Source: Octopus bimaculoides
Taxonomy: Eukaryota
DNA: 64,000 nt
Direction: 5' to 3'
NCBI RefSeq assembly: GCF_001194135.2
Contig: NC_068986.1
Span: forward strand, 6,732,373 to 6,796,372
In this document: positions 24,591 through 38,027 of the stretch, piece after piece
How positions within the stretch are numbered: position 1 is the stretch's first letter
Layout of the letters: each line of letters starts with the position of its first letter
The notes under the pieces: model-generated
The model's database searches: none
Told to the model about the DNA's origin: nothing
The model's input: the letters and a program-made list of their open reading frames with translations, nothing else
Position numbers and translations under genes: made by a program

Positions 24591-27500
24591 CTATCAGACT
24601 CCTCCTGCGACGCTGGTGCTAAGTACTTTTCAAAGGAAAATTGGAAGACGGCATATTTAAGCATTTAGTTCTATATATTGTTTGACTGTGTGTAATTTAT
24701 ATGCATTTACTTCTGATGCTTCCGTCTGATATGGGAAAAATAGTAAAAGTATTTGAACGTATCCCGTTATATGCATGCATGGCGATAACGTACCCACTTC
24801 AGCCTTGGCGAATACGTAGCACTTCGCTGTAGACAATGTTTCTTGTCTTCCCCCGATGTATTAATGCGACCAGTCTGTCTCTACTGCCAACTCTGGAGCA
24901 TGCAACGTACAACTGGCCGTGGGAAAAGCAAGGCTCTTCCAAGAGAAGTCCGGCCACAGAAATAGTCTGGCCCTGGGACTTGTTGACAGACGTGGCGAAG
25001 CTGGGCTGGAACAGAAATTGTAGTCTTCTGAAGGCGAAAGGTATGTCTGCTCCCGAGGGAGTAAGAGGAATCCTAGGAATGAATACATCCTCACCTTTTC
25101 CGCATCCGGATAGGATGGTTGCCTCGACAACATGTTTCATCATTTTTTTTATAACCAGACGTGTTCCGTTGCACAGTCAGGGGGTGGGGAGCTCCAAATT
25201 GCGCAGAAGCATAACCAGAGTTCCAACTTTAAGGTGGAGCAGATGTGGCAGTAGGCTTGGAGGGTCTAAAGAGTTGAGGAACTCTGTTGGGAAATTCACC
25301 GATTCATTTGCATCTACAGATTTGTATGCGAAGTGACTGCAACAGTTGATCATTGAGTTTTGTAACGGTCACGTTTTGCAGAGCCAGCACTGCTCTTTCA
25401 GACAGCCATTCATGATTGAGATAATTATATTTTAAATGGAGAAACACTTTATCGGTGAGTTCAACCAAAGATGAAACTGGAGTTGCGAATGTGTAGATGT
25501 CCAATTCCCCATCAGTATCAAGAGGCACTTTACCGTCGCCAAGTTTCAGAATGTCACTTGCAAAGTTTGCCGTCATTTGGTTGCCGAGCAATCGAGCCCT
25601 CATGTTGATTGTCAGGGTCAGTGACCTGACATGACATCAGAGCGGAGACAACATAAGGCATGCTTGAACCTCATCTGCTTGCGTGCCTTTGGGGATAACA
25701 GGAAGAGTTTGCCTAAAGTCACCTGAAAGCAAAAGCGTAACACCTCCCATGGGGGCTTCTCAACCCCTGATATCCTGAAGGGTTCTGTTTAATGTGTTGA
25801 AGGCTCCCTTGTGGGCCGTAGTACACCCATCCCCACAATAAGCTGACAGCGTTTCAGCACTTGGCCCTGGTCAGAGTTCTTGCTTATATTGCAGGTAGGT
25901 CTTTCTGACTTAGTTAAAAATTGAGGGACAACTTAAAGGTGGAGTGTGCAGTTCTGCTGCCAGGCAGCAAAGTTGCAGCAATCCCTGAAGATGCGACTGC
26001 AATCGCAATACTCTTTTGCATTCTGAGCCTCGTTAGAAAGGTTTTGCCTGTACTCGCTGGAGCATTAAGAAAAAACAAGCCACCTTTCCTGTGGTGCACA
26101 TGATCAGTCACAATAGTATAAACATGCTGTTGATCTGGAAGAAGCTTTGGTTCAGTTTCTAGGATGAAATTGGCAAGAGCATCTGTGCCCAGGAAAAAGC
26201 AACTTCGCCTGACGTATGAAGTCCTCCGATAAGTCGTCTTTAAATTTGAACCCCAAAGACAAAGGGTTGTTAAGTTCACAAATTTGCAGCATAACAGCAA
26301 ATAGAGCTCGTAGACGCTTAGGTGTCTGGGATGCAACAGCTTCGAATAACGTAGCTTCCCATTGTGCATCGCTTTCTAGCAAACCGCACTTGAGGCATAC
26401 TTCCCTGTAAGTGCTGCAAACAGAGCCATCAACAGTCCTTAAGTCATCAAACGACTGGGGCCCATGTACCTCATGTAACAGAAGACGAAGATAAAAGCAC
26501 TCGTGTTAGCTCGGATGCACCGTGTAAACTCTCACAAGACAGCTGTCAAACTTTACACCAGATTGTCCGTCAACCAGCTGGCCTGACTTTCTGCGCTCTC
26601 ATTGTTGCTTAGTCCATGTGTAGTAGGATGGAACCTGAGAATAAAGCAAAGTTTTTGCAAATGGGTCGTTCCTGCACAGAGCGAAGAATGCAGTGAGAGT
26701 AGTTTGTCGAGGCTCTTCAACTTTGACTGTTCTCCAGGTGAACTTTGAGTTGCTCGATGGGTGGGTGCCTTTGGTGTATTGGAAAGCCGAAAATATACCA
26801 GAATGCTTCATTACTGCTAATATAATGGCCAACTTGGTATTGTAAGACCTTGTCGCAGCAGTTTTCCAGCTGTAGACCGAACATAGCAGCGTCTGAGCCC
26901 TTGTTGACATATTTGCAGATATACTTGAACTTGATGGAATGGCAAAACCCCACATTTATGTGGGCGCCAAACGTCTTTGAAAGAAGCGGTGAATACGGTA
27001 CAACCCATCTGTTGTCAACCTCATATTGTCCAATTTTCATGGTAAAGCCACCATCTGCAGATTGGCACCATCTGTACAGAGGGTATCCATCAATGCCAGT
27101 TTGTGTTACCTTCAGAAATTTTTTTGGAAACTTCTTGCAGCAGATATTGTTGTTCAAGCAAGGGGAGCCTAAATTGAATCCTAATCCACATGGCCCGTGG
27201 ATCATGGTCGCCTTGACTATTTCAAAGAGATGTCTGTCGGTAGATGGGTTTGGAATCTCGGCAGAGATAATCTTGTCAATATTGTTGGGAGGTATTTTTA
27301 GCGAGTGCCAGATTAGAATGTGAGCGTATGGTGGGCCTCTCTTTTGCCATTCAACAGTATACATATCACATCTAATGGGGCCAAATATTTGCCCTCCCTT
27401 AAGAAGCTCCATTAGTTTGATAAGCTTCAATCAAAAGACTCACACTAGGAGGTCATGACGGTCTTTTGCATGCTGGCCTGAAAACAATTCAGCTTCGATC

Positions 27501-30500
27501 TCCTTCCACGAAGGATTGCAGGTGAATGTAATGAACAAATTGGGCCTGCCGTAATGATGGACATAAGTCATAGCATCTTGCGTTCTCTCATGCATATACT
27601 GCGGACTTCCAGTGAAGGAGGATGGCAGAATGCAGAGTTTGCGTATGCTATCTGGTGTTGTGTCATTGATGAGGGTGTCTTGCAGATGAACGTAGCTGTC
27701 CAAACACAACTGCTTCTGGTGTGTTCGGATAAAACAGAGCCTCTCTAACTCCATTTTGGTGCACACATCCACAGCAAACTGATGAAAAAGTTCTCTTGAG
27801 TGGTGCATATAGTTGAAGGAGTTGTCACGAACCATGAAGTGATATGAGTAAAAATTCATGCAAGAAACCGTTTTGTTGGTGAACCTCTTCCGTCATGGCA
27901 TAACCTAAAAATGGAGGTTGTGGAACACTTAGCCCCAATCAGAAGGATAAAAGCAAGTGGCTGACAGGATATGTAAGTTTTTATGAAATAGGTAGTCAAG
28001 TACGAAGCCATAAGCACGTCTTAACAGAGAGATATCCATAAGGTGATTTAGTAGCAGTACAGTAAGCTGTGTTGCAATGGGAGCCAGCAACGAATCAAAT
28101 CACTTCTCAAAGGGACGATTAACATGTTTTCCACTATCCGCATTCGTAAGTGAATGTGAATTATCAACAGATAATGTCTAGCAGCTGTACCGTGAAGCCT
28201 GAGATAATGTTGCTTATCGATTTGTGAGGTAGAGGCGTTTGTTGAAAGTCCCTCTACCTATTTTTGTCAATGAGAGGTTGTACTTGATGAATGTGTTCCA
28301 ACAGCGTGAGGTGAAATGGCAAGGAGCAACAGTAGATGTAATAACAATTTTGTGACTTACCAACTGCAGCTGGATTAAAGGAGGAAGGGGTAGCTTTGAG
28401 AGGAGAGGTTGCAGTGAAAACGTTGGAACAAGACCGTGACTGGTGTTAGTGAAAACAAAAGGGGTTTTTAAGTAAGATGCAGTCATCGCTCGCAAAAACA
28501 CAAGAATAAACCAATGATGCAACCCTACCCCATTGTAAGAGGATAAAAGCATGAAGGGGTAAGCAGAACTGTTGGTGTGTTAGTAAGGGATGGCACCTAG
28601 TTGCTGTTTTGTGAGTAATGGTCAAATACTTACCGAGTATCCGAACAATATGGAGAAGTGTTGCCTTGAGCTGAGGCAAAAGAACAGGTGGTCCCACTTG
28701 GGCNNNNNNNNNNNNNNNNNAGACAATGCGTGGAAGTAATTCAGGATGTCTGATAGCAATTTGAAGCATGATTACAGAACGTGCGTCAGTGCGGAAAATC
28801 GGCATGGGCTATTGTGTGAAAGTCGGAGGGGATGGGTTAAATTTAGGTATCAACGTGAGGGGTAAAAAGGCACGGTTACAAACGGCAGCAGGAAGCAGGG
28901 TGCGGGGGTGTTGGAGCACAAATGAGGGGCGACAAACTGTAAAAATGAAGGGTTTCCGGGGCTGGGGAGAATTGGAACCTGTGTTGAGTGCAAATAGAGC
29001 AGGGCGTTTACGGCTGCAGATGATGGTTTGATGGCTGTTTCAATCCATCTAAGAGACCTACAAAAGGATACAACCGATTGTAAGACCACGTCGGCAGGAA
29101 GTGAGTTTATGTATGAAAGTAAGGACTTTTCAAGCAAACAGTATGAGGTCATAATAGCATGTTTACAATAACAGAGTGGCAAATGGAAAAGTCACAAAAA
29201 CAATGTGAGGCTGTAGGTAGGTACTGACAAAGTATGAGAATAAGAAATGGTGAGCATAACAAAGTCAAGTGTCCGTCATTGTGTGCGTGAGCAGGCGATA
29301 TGAGTATGAGTAAAGAAATAGCTGTTATAGTGGATCCCTAGCGTAAATAAATCTGAATAATCTGGTGTCACATCAAATGCTGGACCAATAAACACATTGA
29401 TTAAGTGGTACGCAGCTTCATTGTGCTTCTGTAGTTCAGGTTCAGTCTTCCGGTCATCTGCTGAGTACCGCGACGCCATGGAACTCTTTGGGTCAAACTG
29501 GAAATGCGGACCAAGTTTGGTTGAAATCGGATGACTTTTTGAAAAAAATCGATAATTATTGACCGAGTTTTTGTGAAAACTGAACATTGATCAAAGCAGT
29601 TGTTATGACTAAAACATGCCTCAGAACATACCTAATGCATATCTGAAATTTCAATCGAATCGGTCTGGTGGTTCAGCGGTTTGGCCTTGCTTCACCCAAA
29701 AGCACTTGTACATAGAAATTGTAAACAGCACAAAAATATAACTTTTTGAAAGGCAGCTTGGTATTGATTTGATTCAAAAGGTTACCAAGGTTATTGCTTT
29801 AACAATGTCACACTGCCCCCAAACTGTCTTTTCTCAAGTGTAAGGCCTCATGTTTCTGCAGTTTCATGGTAATTTATTAAGACTTGGGCAACACTGGTTA
29901 CTACTGCTAGTGAAATGGATGAAGGAAGTAGTAAGTACTTACCAGTAGCTTGTGCAGTGCAGAGGCTGTTATTGCTTTAACTATCTCATGTTACACATAG
30001 AAATTGCTTTTGTTTATTGCAATGGAAAGCCTCAGTGCCAGATGTTTACTGTTATTGGCAGTGGCTATTTTGAGGTCACGTGGGGTCAAAATGTGTGTGC
30101 ACACCATGGTGGAGATTAATTGTTTATGCATCAGAGAAGGAATGGGGTCAGTGTTCTGAGAAAAACAAATCAGGAGCTACCTCAACAAAGGCATTTTGTT
30201 CAAATGTGTGTTTGTTGAATTGTGCTCAAACATAGCGCAATTTAATGAAATAAATCATGGCATAAGACTTGTTGGTTGAAAATGCATTCATTTACCGCAG
30301 TTTGGTTTAAATCAGTTCAATGGTTCCAGCGTTATGGCCTGCCTTAAAGGCATTTTTTGAGTCAGTTTTTCCCATGCTGTGCTCAAATGAAATGAAATTT
30401 GAAAAAAATAACGAAACGAAAAACCTTGGGTAACAATGCATAGGTATATCAAGTTTGATCAAAATCAGACGACTTTTTGAAAAAAATCGATAATTATTGA

Positions 30501-30635
30501 TTGAGTTTTTGCGAAAACTGAACATTGATGGAAGCAGTTGTTATGACTAAAACATGCCTCAGAACATACCAAATTAATGTCTGAAATTTCAGTTGAATCG
30601 GTTAGGTGGAACTCGAGATATAAAACTTCGAACTT

Positions 30636-30686
<51 letters not shown>

Positions 30687-30704
30687 CTGTTTTATATATA
30701 TAGA
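24591..30704 (-). mobile_element. Decayed autonomous Helitron (RepHel) in intron 1 of the 2-TM gene
   Basis: Frameshifted pieces of the Helitron N-terminal domain (LPSSFTGSPQYM...YGRPNLFITFTCNP), HUH Rep (VEWQKRGPPYAHILIW; KYICKYVNKG) and PIF1 helicase (APASTGKTFL; NKSQGQT; FSHGQLYVACSRV). The 5' end is A|TCTATATATA at 30704. The 3' end is a degenerate hairpin plus ATAG|T at about 24591. Confidence 0.93.
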
Positions 30705-31228
30705 TAGTCTATGCAAAGAGCAGCTATGTCAGGAGTCTGACATTCTCCACTGCCAAATACCTCTTAAAACTTGTTCACAACTTCAATTCCTTAAGGCTAC
30801 TCTCTCTTTTATTTTATTGTCTGTGATTTTCTGATCTATGACACAGTTTCCACTGCCACATGCCAGTTTTACTAATTTCCTTTTCTGCTATTATTTTTGT
30901 ATGGTTTCTGGAAAAACACATTTTTGTTTCCCAGTCAATTTTTTCTCTCTTCTCTTTCTCTGGAGAAAAGGCAAATCACCTGAAACGTTATCTCTTTTTC
31001 TCCAGTATAACACATTTGATTTCATACTTGTGCTTTTTCATTTTTTTTTTTTTAATATTCTTCAATTTTTTTCACTCTTAATTTTCTTCTAAAATTCTGA
31101 AAGTCTATATTTATACTATTATGGAGAAAGCTGCTTTTTAAGTAGTTGGAATTATGCGTCTTTTACTAAAAGAATGCTATTATTTAAGCCTAGACTGTCT
31201 GAAAACCTTTTACAAATTCCAATTTTAA

Positions 31229-32030
31229 TATTAGGGTATTTGGAAAGTAATTGCATTTTTTCACCACTATGAAATATGAATCAATCAGTCATGTCAGAGT
31301 AAAGGTTGAATGAGCAGGAAGTGTCTTTCATAGTTATTTTGGTAATTAACCTCATGGAGGATAAGCACTTTATAAAACCACATAGTTGTCATTGCTTACT
31401 ATATGAGTTATGAAAGAAAAGTATTGCTACAGAAGCAGGGAGAAACATTTGTGAAGTGTATTTGGATGCCGTGAAAGTTCATACATATCAGATGTAGTTT
31501 AAAGATGGCAATTGTGACATTCCTGACAAACCTTGCTCTTGAAGACAACCCACTGTGAATGATGAGACTTGTATCAGATTTACATCAAAGTATCTGAGAT
31601 TTGGTGCAAAAATTTAATGTATCATGTTCAACTATTGACAAAACATATCAAGCAAATTGGGAAAACATGCAAGGGGGAATTTGGGTTCCACATAAGCTTA
31701 TACTGAACATTATATATATTCCACCATCTGCAGCAGTCTTTTAACCAGGAATAACAACCTGTCATTTTTTTATGGGTTTTGCATCACAACAGAAAATGAA
31801 AAAGACAATGATTATCATGTAATGAGAAGCCAGTGCCAGTAACAAAACCAGAACTCCATCCACAAAAATCCTTGCTTTATATTTGGTGGAGCATGAAGGG
31901 TATTGTCCATTATGAGCTACTAGAAGATGGAAAGAACAACAATTGCCAACAACTTGATTGTGTAAATGAAAAATTATGTCATAAGTGGCCAGAAAAGGTG
32001 TCAATGCATGGCCTCACTCTTCAAAACAAA
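31229..32030 (+). mobile_element. Decayed mariner transposon
   Basis: TA plus a TIR-like start ttagggtatttggaaagtaattg. KPELHPQKSLLYIWWSMKGIVHYELL resembles mariner KPxLHxxKxMLxVWWxxxGIxHYELL. Confidence 0.85.
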
Positions 32031-32299
32031 CTAAAGGAAAATAAATTCACATCCTCCATACTCACCTGGCTATCCTATACATAGTCATTTACTATGCTAG
32101 AAATAACAGGGATCACATGGGTTTCAAAAGTAATTTCTTTTCAGTATAATTGTAATTGAATCATAAAAACAACGAGGAGACAAAATCAAGATGCATGAAA
32201 TATGTTTCCCACCATATTTCTTATACATTAAATTCCTATTTAAATAGGAACCTGAAAATTATATCTAGAAAATTTCAATAAAAAATATTCGTTTTTCTG

Positions 32300-32920
32300 A
32301 AAGCCATGAGGAAACAAAATTGAGATGTGTAAATTATCTGAAATTTCTGGCTGCTGGGGGTGTGTACTCCATATCAAAGCCCTTCTGGCATCACTGCATC
32401 TACAATGCATTGGTCCTCTGCATTCTCCCCTATGGTGCAGAAGACCCTGGCAAAGAGGATTGAATGCTTCAATAGGGGCAGGGTGGGGACTGAGAACCAT
32501 CAAAAACATCATATGGTACCACCATATTTCCAATAAAGAACTGCATGTGCGCACACATCATCCTGCAGCCCCCCACCTCATAGTTGTCCATTGCATGTTC
32601 CAGTATGGATATGTTCTTTATCTCCTGGTAGATCATCCTACCAGGACTTTATAATTGCAGGCAGGAAGAGGCCTCATAGCAGACCCTGCCCCAGATGGCT
32701 GGATGCGATTGGGGAAGATATCCAGAGGCTCAAAGTTACCTTGGAGGATGCACAAGGCTTCTAGCAATGGAGAGCATTGGATCTGGTTGGCTCTACATAT
32801 GATGACACCTCTGGAACCACTAACTTGGAATGACCCCAGCCTCATCAAGCAAGAGCATAAAGCCAGCCAAGCCAGTCTCTCCCAAGATGTTTTCACCGCA
32901 TATTCTCATATAATAGTAAT
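32300..32920 (+). mobile_element. Old non-LTR RT C-terminal fragment
   Basis: KNIIWYHHISNKELH.RT...QYGYV...DHP.RT and PD.W.R remnants. Confidence 0.55.
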
Positions 32921-33314
32921 CTACATCATCTGAAATATATTTGTACAAACTATCATAAATACATATCTATTTTTCAGAAAGTTATGAGGAAAGAAATTTT
33001 GGCGGGGCACAATTCTGTAGTTATGCCCTAAATTTACTGAGCAAGTGAGCACTATTAGACAAATAAAGGATTCAAAGGAAAATTAGATGTAACATACTGA
33101 AAAATGACACACATTAGGAATTAAATGTGTAAATATGATAAAATTAGCAACCAGCAGAAAACTACCTGGTGGGCAGTTTTTTCTGCTGGTTTTATGTAAA
33201 TTAATGTATTAAAAAAAAAAATCATATGAGATTTCACAAACTTCTTGTAAGACCAAGTTAAAACAAAAAATTATTTTAATATCATTACATGTAAGTTGTT
33301 TTCTTCTTTCATAG

Positions 33315-33385
33315 TTCCGTGCATTAGGAGAATATGGTGTTGCCGTCCTTCACGTTTCACAAATTCAAAAGAAAGAACAACAAGG
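33315..33385 (+). CDS. Unrecognised 2-TM protein, exon 2 (71 nt)
   Basis: ttttcttctttcatag|TTC...CAA GG|gtaat. Encodes FRALGEYGVAVLHVSQIQKKEQQ(G); phase 0 in, phase 2 out. Confidence 0.8.
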
Positions 33386-33945
33386 GTAATATTCTTTTCA
33401 ATTTATGGAAAATGTGTATCAATAGATGAAAAGATAAATGAAAAGTTGAAGAAAGAATAACTTGATTGTTGAGATTTTCTTTTGCTAGAAAGAAAATTTG
33501 CTGAGGCATAGAATGCTTATTATTTTGAACTTTAGAAACAAAAAAGAGATGTTTTTATTCTTGGGAAAATGAGGTGGTAACATTAACAAAAATTATATTG
33601 ATTCTGGCACCTCTTCATGCAAATGTTAATTATTCTTCCCTCTAACATTTTTTTTATTATGCCTTAGAAAACAAAAACTCGTTAAAAACTGGTTTTTGGA
33701 TTTTTNNNNNNNNNNNNNNNNNNNNNNNNNNNNNNNNNNNNNNNNNNNNNNNNNNNNNNNNNNNNNNNNNNNNNNNNNNNNNNNNNNNNNNNNNNNNNNN
33801 NNNNNNNNNNNNNNNNNNNNNNNNNNNNNNNNNNNNNNNNNNNNNATTCACTTTCAAGATAAAGAAAGTAATTTGTATTCAGGAGTCAAAGCTGTACTTT
33901 CACAAAAGGAAAATTTCAAATACTCTTGGGTTAGTTTATTAAGGA

Positions 33946-33975
33946 CTAGCAGAGATACCCAGCATTGCTCGGGGT
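33946..33975 (-). mobile_element. Isolated Helitron 3' terminus (hairpin + CTAG)
   Basis: The + strand reads aCTAGcagagatacccagcattgctcggg, which is a hairpin followed by CTAG|T on the minus strand. Confidence 0.6.
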
Positions 33976-33993
33976 TAAAATGGTATAGTTTGA

Positions 33994-34025
<32 letters not shown>

Positions 34026-35302
34026 TATGTTGAAACATGTGATATGGGAAAGTGCAGCATTGATGACAAAACATTTGTGGAGTAAATGATGGGCTAATTC
34101 GACTAAGTTTGAAAGAAGACTACAATATGAGTCAAAAGAGGAGAGATAGCATGTCTGTAGGTCAGATGGTTAAAGTATGTTGCCTGTCAGTTAGATAGTC
34201 TTACTTTAGTGGTGGTCTTGGCTGTTAAGAGTGTACAATATGGTTTTCTTGATATACATTGTAATTTGTGTGTTTATGCTGTTGAAGGCAACTAGAGTTG
34301 CATGACATCATGGAAGAATGCTTTTCAGCCACTCTTTGTTCATAGAACTAAGTATATCTAGGACTACATGATTCAGTGTATCTTCTCTTATATTTAAGAC
34401 AATAGTTTGTGACTTGACAATATTTGGTTGCATTGTCTTTCAGGTTGAGCAACTTTATAAAGGCTCTTTTGCAAACTTGGGTTTATTAGTGCAACCTTAT
34501 GGTGCACTTTGTGGTTTAAAAATTCAGAATTAATAAGGGCTGAAGTATTATCTTGCTTTGATGAGGAAGTCTTTGTGCTCCAGTTTTGGTTTCGTTCATG
34601 AAACAACAAGAAATTGTGGGGTCTAGGATTTCACAGGGGTTAGCTAGAAGGTGTATTGAAAGAAAGCTTCCTTAATGTATAGTGACTTGTAATAACTGTT
34701 AACTTGGTCACCATTTTTTTTTTCCATTGAAGGATATTTTCAAGATCTCTGTAATGGAGGCAGTACAAGTCTTGTGTTATATACCTGTTGCATATAGAGA
34801 ATGCATGTGTGCAGAAGATTGAGGAGTGAAGAGGTTATTGGTATAAGAGTGTAAGTGATTAGAAATGCCATTAGAAAGCTTTCTTTAGTGTACAGCAGGA
34901 ATATGAACAGCAGTATAGAACTCTTGGTTCCCACAATGCTCTCTGCAAAGGAACTGTCTGGCTGGAAATTTTTGATCAAGAGATTAGATAAATGAAGTCC
35001 ATAAGCAAATAATTAGATATATAAAAGGGGGCCCTATACTCAGAAACCACTTCAGTTTAGGATGATTGTTCTTAGAGGTTACAGATCTGTAATATAGTTA
35101 GATGTGCATCGCACATAGGTTAAACTTTTTTTTACCTGAAATATCTGTCTCTCTAGACTGGAAGGGTTTGAAAAGGTTATTGCTGTCTCTCCTATCTAGA
35201 CTAAAATGTAAACATAAAAAATCTCCAGTGATTCATAAAACTGAGATGTAATTCTCTTTTACATAATGACTTTGTCTTATTAAATAATTTATTCTTTTTC
35301 AG

Positions 35303-35360
35303 ACATGATCTAAAATCAGGCCACCTGCAGCATGTTGTTTCTCCAACTCCTCGTGGAACG
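35303..35360 (+). CDS. Unrecognised 2-TM protein, exon 3 (58 nt)
   Basis: attctttttcag|A CAT...ACG|gtttgt. Encodes HDLKSGHLQHVVSPTPRGT; phase 2 in, phase 0 out. Confidence 0.78.
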
Positions 35361-38027
35361 GTTTGTATAATTCATTGTCTCATTAAAATGTTTTTTGAAA
35401 TATAATTTTATGCTTATTTTCAAATTACTCAAACATCAGTATATACAATTTTTATTTGTTTCTAATAGGTCTTTTTCTTGCGATAGTTTGTTTATGCAAG
35501 GTCAAACAAAGTTCAGGCTATTATCATTTCACTTTTTTTTTTTCTTGTCATATTTTGGAAAGTAGGATGAAGTTTGAGGGAGATACAGTTGCGAAATAGC
35601 AGCCAACACACTGGTCCACAGACTCGTCTCTTTCTACCACTACAATGTTGTCTGCTCTCTGATCCAATGTCACCTCCACTTAGAGACATAGATTTCTGAC
35701 TCACTTGTCTCTCTTTGTCATTAATATTGTGTTCACCATCCTAGGCACTACATTAACTACTGCTTCCTTCCCTGAACATTGGTCCTCTGGAATTCCTTTC
35801 CTGTTGCTACCAACTTCTGACTGCTCACGAGGAACATTGTGTTCATCTCATTAAACCCACTAAAAAGCCAATGCAGAGAGGTCTGCCCTGTTTATCTAGT
35901 CGGTGTTTCTAATTTTGGGATGAGGAATTGGAAACTGTTTTCTTTCTACTATCTTATTAGCTTACTGAAAGTCTCAAACCTGCAGAGTGCCATTTTTTTT
36001 TTGGTGTTGTATCTATTGGTAAAATTAAAATTGTTGGAACCCGTTACTACCTCACATCTAGCAACAGTAAATTATTCATTTACTCTTTACATGCTCAAAG
36101 GGCAGTTTTCTGTAGTCTTAACCTCTCTCTTCTACACAAACTCAAAAGTAGCCCATGTGGTAGTTTAATTTGCTAGAAATAGCAGGGATCACAATATATT
36201 CTAAGGCCTGTGGCATACCAATCAGCCATGCTAACAAATTGGCCCTTGATAGTTTCTTTTTTTTTGTATATCAGGGAAATTTAATTTTATTAAAAAAATT
36301 TTCATTTCACAAATTTCTGAAGAGTGAATTACAGCTAAATGTTATTTACACATTTGATTCTTAATTTGTGTACTTTTTCTGATATGTTACAAATTTTCGT
36401 GTGAATCCTTCATTCGTCCAATAGCATGCACTCACTCAATAAATAAATTTAGAATAGCAAGCACTAACAGACAGTGTTTGAATTTATGAAGAATTACATT
36501 GGCATTATGTTGACCTAACTTATCCACATAAAGGTCTTCAGTTTATTGTATAGGTACATATCAGAAGATTTTGTAACTTTATATGACTGAATTGGGAATG
36601 CACTAGTATGAACTGGAAAAAATCATATTGAAAAATTACTGGGGTTTCTTTTCCATTGACATATATTTGTATATTTTAGTATTAATAATTGTATACACAG
36701 TTGAACAAAGGCAGGGGAGAGAGAGAGATAGTATCTACAAAAGAAAATGAAAATTATATGCTGAATTGAAAAAAGATATATTTTGATTAAAATGGAACAA
36801 AATTTGAATTTTTAAGAATTTTGTAGACAACGGAAACTTTTAGTAATTGCTTTCTTTTAGTTACACAATTCCAATCCAAATAATTAAAAGCAGTTTTTTT
36901 CTATTGTAGTATAAATGCCTAGTATAAAATGACATCTAGTTTAAAGTTTACCATATTGGGATAGCATTCTTGATTTTGTTCACTTTTAGATGAAAATTTT
37001 TCAGCTTCTCATGCTCAGAGAATATTTCTTAAGGTATCGTTTATGACATCCTTTCAACTGCTACATTGCAATTATTTGATGATATATTTCTGGCTGGCCG
37101 ATTTTTCTAGTATACCTCATATTTAAATTTTGTTACAAAATATTCAGTTTCTTGCCCAAATCAGCATGTCATGGTTGAATGTAAAATAGCTAATAATTCA
37201 ATGTTACATGAAGTCATAACTATAGATTTTTGTTTGTAATCATTAAATTTTGAATTTGAATTTTTCATTTTGTTAAGTATGTCCATCAGTAATGTTAAGT
37301 TATTCCCCAAGTCTACTTTAAAGCAGATTTTGAGCCTCCATACACAGAAGTACTTTCCATTGAATCTTAGAATAGAAAATTTCTTGTCATTATTTTCACC
37401 AATCATGTTGATATTAATGTAGCTATATAAAAAAATGAAAAAAAAAAAAGAAAAAAAAATTTCATGCACTCAGAATCAAAATTCCCTGTATTGAAGCCTA
37501 CATTATGATTATTTTCTTCATAGGGCAATTTTGCTCTCTTATATGACTTATTTCCAGCTCTATGTAGTCTATTATTCTTAATGGATTTGTTGCTTTTAAA
37601 ATTAGCGTTTTCCTTGAATGTTTTATGTATTGGTCTTACAAGCTGTCAAATATTACTTTTTATTGGTCCTCTTTTGTGACGTTTATTGCTTAAAATGTTT
37701 TCCCTATCTTGTATTGTTGTGTTTAAGGAAAGGCATTGTTAGTTATTTGGAGTTGTAGGAGTTCTAGGAGTTCTAAACCTGGCATTTATATATTTTAGAA
37801 CAATATGATATTGATAAGTACTTGTTGCTTACTGGTATTCTGTTGTGCTCTGACAACATTAATTTCAGAATAGTAATCTTTTACACTAATCCATGAGAAA
37901 TAGTTGAACATGAGGTAAACCAATTAACAAGTAATGCCTGGACCTAGATATATAAAATGAGTTCAATTTAAATTTATGTAATATTCAATTAATTTCTAAT
38001 ATATTCTTTATTCTTGTTCTAATCCAG

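Noticed and set aside
24799-27859. Helicase and Rep ORFs as host PIF1 or replication genes
   Set aside because: They are intronless, frameshifted, in RepHel domain order and bounded by Helitron termini.
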